Below, piece after piece: positions 62,223-64,000 of a DNA stretch of 64,000 nucleotides; position 1 is the stretch's first letter, and the number at the start of each line of letters is the position of its first letter. This DNA is from Spirochaetia bacterium (GTDB lineage: Bacteria > Spirochaetota > Spirochaetia > SP-2023), in assembly GCA_965225855.1 (NCBI GenBank), contig CBDDCK010000005.1, positions 1,888,001 to 1,952,000 of the forward strand. Direction: 5' to 3'. The position numbers were made by a program, and so were the translations under genes. The notes below the pieces were generated by a model, which saw nothing but the letters and a program-made list of their open reading frames with translations, did not search any database and was not told where the DNA came from.

Positions 62223-62456
62223 CCTTGGTATAAAGTATTGTTCCGCATTGGTGCAATACATCTTTCCGCCTTAGATCAAGGCCTTGATCCAAGGCGGAAA
62301 GCTATATCATAGCAAGGCACTAAAAACCATAAAAATAAGCAAGCCAATGTCAATAAGAATTTACCAAAGGTTGCCATAACAATTAAGAGAGTCTCTTAAT
62401 GCCCAATAATAGAGTGTCTTAATACCCAACAAGAAAGTTTCTTGTTGGGTATTAAG
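62223..62456. repeat. Partial copy of the upstream element followed by an ATTAAGA satellite
   Basis: 62223-62341 matches the 23-mers and TATCATAGCAAGGCACTAAAAACCATAAAAATAAGCA of 59584-59725. ATTAAG anchors at 62382 and 62451 are 3 x 23 apart. Confidence 0.85.
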
Positions 62457-63228
62457 ACATAATCAGACCACCATCCACATTGATTGTTTGTCCTGTAATA
62501 TACGCAGCGTCTTCAGAAGCAAGGAAAGAAACCAGTCCCGCTATATCTTCTGCTGTTCCTGCTCGGCCCATTGGGATATTCTTAACCCATTCTGCCATTA
62601 GTTCGCCTTGTTTATATCCCCCCAACAACTCTCCCCATTTTTGATCGTTGTAGACCCACATATCGCTTTCGATAATGCCTGGACAAAAAGCATTGACTCT
62701 CACTCCCTGTGGAGCTAATTCTTTTGCCAAACTCTGGGTAATACCGACCACACCCATCTTGCTTGCTGCATAGTGGGGCGTATATATAAAACCATTTCTA
62801 GCTTGCCCAGAAGCCGTGTTTAAGATTACCCCACTTTTTTGTTTCACCATAATTTGGGCTGCAACCTGACAACATAGGAATATGCCCTTGGTATTGATAT
62901 CCATTACCTTGTCCCACTCGGCTTCGGTTAGCTCTTCAAGCTTAGCAATAGTAATTACTCCCGCATTATGGACAGAAACATCTAGGCGCTTAAAGCGATC
63001 AATAATCTCGCGGTAGAATTGCTCAATGTGAGACTTCGATCTTATATCAAAGACCTTACTAAGAGTCTTTTCTGGGTGAGGCAACTGAGTTGCTACATCC
63101 TCTACCAGTTTTTCATCAGAAGCAATACAAATATTAGCACCCTCATAGGCGAAGCGCTCGGCAATCCCCTTGCCAATACCACGACTAGCTCCGATGATAG
63201 CCACAGTTTTTCCTTCAAACATTCTCAT
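62452..63228 (-). CDS. SDR family oxidoreductase (sugar/polyol dehydrogenase-like)
   Basis: GASRGIG, HNAGV, YAASK, VNAFCPG, ITGQTINVDGG; AAAGGAG RBS. Confidence 0.9.
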   Translation of the reverse strand: MRMFEGKTVAIIGASRGIGKGIAERFAYEGANICIASDEKLVEDVATQLPHPEKTLSKVFDIRSKSHIEQFYREIIDRFKRLDVSVHNAGVITIAKLEELTEAEWDKVMDINTKGIFLCCQVAAQIMVKQKSGVILNTASGQARNGFIYTPHYAASKMGVVGITQSLAKELAPQGVRVNAFCPGIIESDMWVYNDQKWGELLGGYKQGELMAEWVKNIPMGRAGTAEDIAGLVSFLASEDAAYITGQTINVDGGLIMS

Positions 63229-63254
63229 TGTTTAATCTCCTTTAAGGTTATTTT

Positions 63255-64000
63255 TTACCAGCAAGTAAAGCCACCATCTACTAGTAAATCAATACCAGTA
63301 CAAAATGATGATGCCTGGCTTGCGAGAAAAATTGCAGGACCAACCATTTCATTTACGCTAGCCATCCGCTCCATCGGGGTTTGTTCCTCAAAGAGTCTTG
63401 TCTGATGCACCATTTCAGGTCTTGTATTCATTGGAGTAGCTGTGTAACCTGGGCTGATTGCATTAACCCGAATTCCTTTGTTACACCACTCCATTGCCAA
63501 GCTTTTGCTCAAATGGAGTACACCTGCCTTCGATGTATTATAATGGCATTGGGTTAACCCCCGATTGACAATACTCCCAGACATTGAAGCAATGTTAATA
63601 ATAGTACCCGATAAACCGTGAGCAATCATATGTCGAGCTTCGGCTTGACAGGAGAGAAAAAGGCCTCTTAAGTTAATATTCATTAATTGGTCCCACTGCT
63701 CCTCTTCCATATCCTGTGCCGGGCAAGCATTAGCTATTCCTGCAGCGTTCAAGGCAATGGTAACAGCCCCCAAATTGTCTTTTGCCAAGAGAAGGCTTTC
63801 TGATAAGTCTTTTATCTCTGTTACAGAGCCTCTAAATGCTAGAGCCTTCCTGCCATTTGCCTGAATCTGTTTCGCTGTTTCATCTAGACCTGTCGAAGTC
63901 GGCAGATCAAAACATAAAACATCAGCCCCCGCCTTTGCAAAGCCAACGGCAACACTTTGTCCTATGCCACTACCAGCACCTGTAACGATGGCCACCTGAT
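63255..64000 (-). CDS. SDR family oxidoreductase (polyol dehydrogenase-like), 5' end outside window
   Basis: VTGAGSGIG, NAAGIA, NIASMSG.IVNR, YNTSK, VNAISPGY, VDGGF. The frame is open to the window edge. Confidence 0.9.
   Translation of the reverse strand, partial: QVAIVTGAGSGIGQSVAVGFAKAGADVLCFDLPTSTGLDETAKQIQANGRKALAFRGSVTEIKDLSESLLLAKDNLGAVTIALNAAGIANACPAQDMEEEQWDQLMNINLRGLFLSCQAEARHMIAHGLSGTIINIASMSGSIVNRGLTQCHYNTSKAGVLHLSKSLAMEWCNKGIRVNAISPGYTATPMNTRPEMVHQTRLFEEQTPMERMASVNEMVGPAIFLASQASSFCTGIDLLVDGGFTCW

Overview
This 64 kb window comes from a Spirochaetales bacterium: the 16S carries the GCAGCTAAGAATCTTCCG motif, and a divergent second EF-G and spirochaete-type lipoproteins are present. 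Core genes include fcl-gmd, bioC-like, ilvBN, PBP1A, fusA2-dxs, tag, lgt, rpsP-khpA-rimM-trmD-rplS, TolC-RND, two tRNAs and a stand-alone 16S rRNA. Nutrient modules include an Fe-siderophore ABC, a sugar ABC plus kinase, a haem ABC plus ankyrin protein, and polyol SDRs. The most unusual content is four paralogous modular surface-lipoprotein genes (13.5-16.5, 45.0-47.4, 53.1-54.4, 60.2-62.1 kb), each in a repeated cassette. Cassette parts are a G-quadruplex-like G-run cluster, 23-bp-period satellites, a dead phage MuF head-morphogenesis gene relic, a poly-C-spacer promoter and a mosaic trailer. One copy is bounded by 16-bp inverted repeats and a 5-bp direct repeat. The cassette promoter/RBS is also homologous to the 5' end of the sugar ABC operon. 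This looks like a recombination-driven surface-variation or mobile system (inference). Several frameshifted genes are present (M15 peptidase, Nmad2, sugar ABC ATPase).
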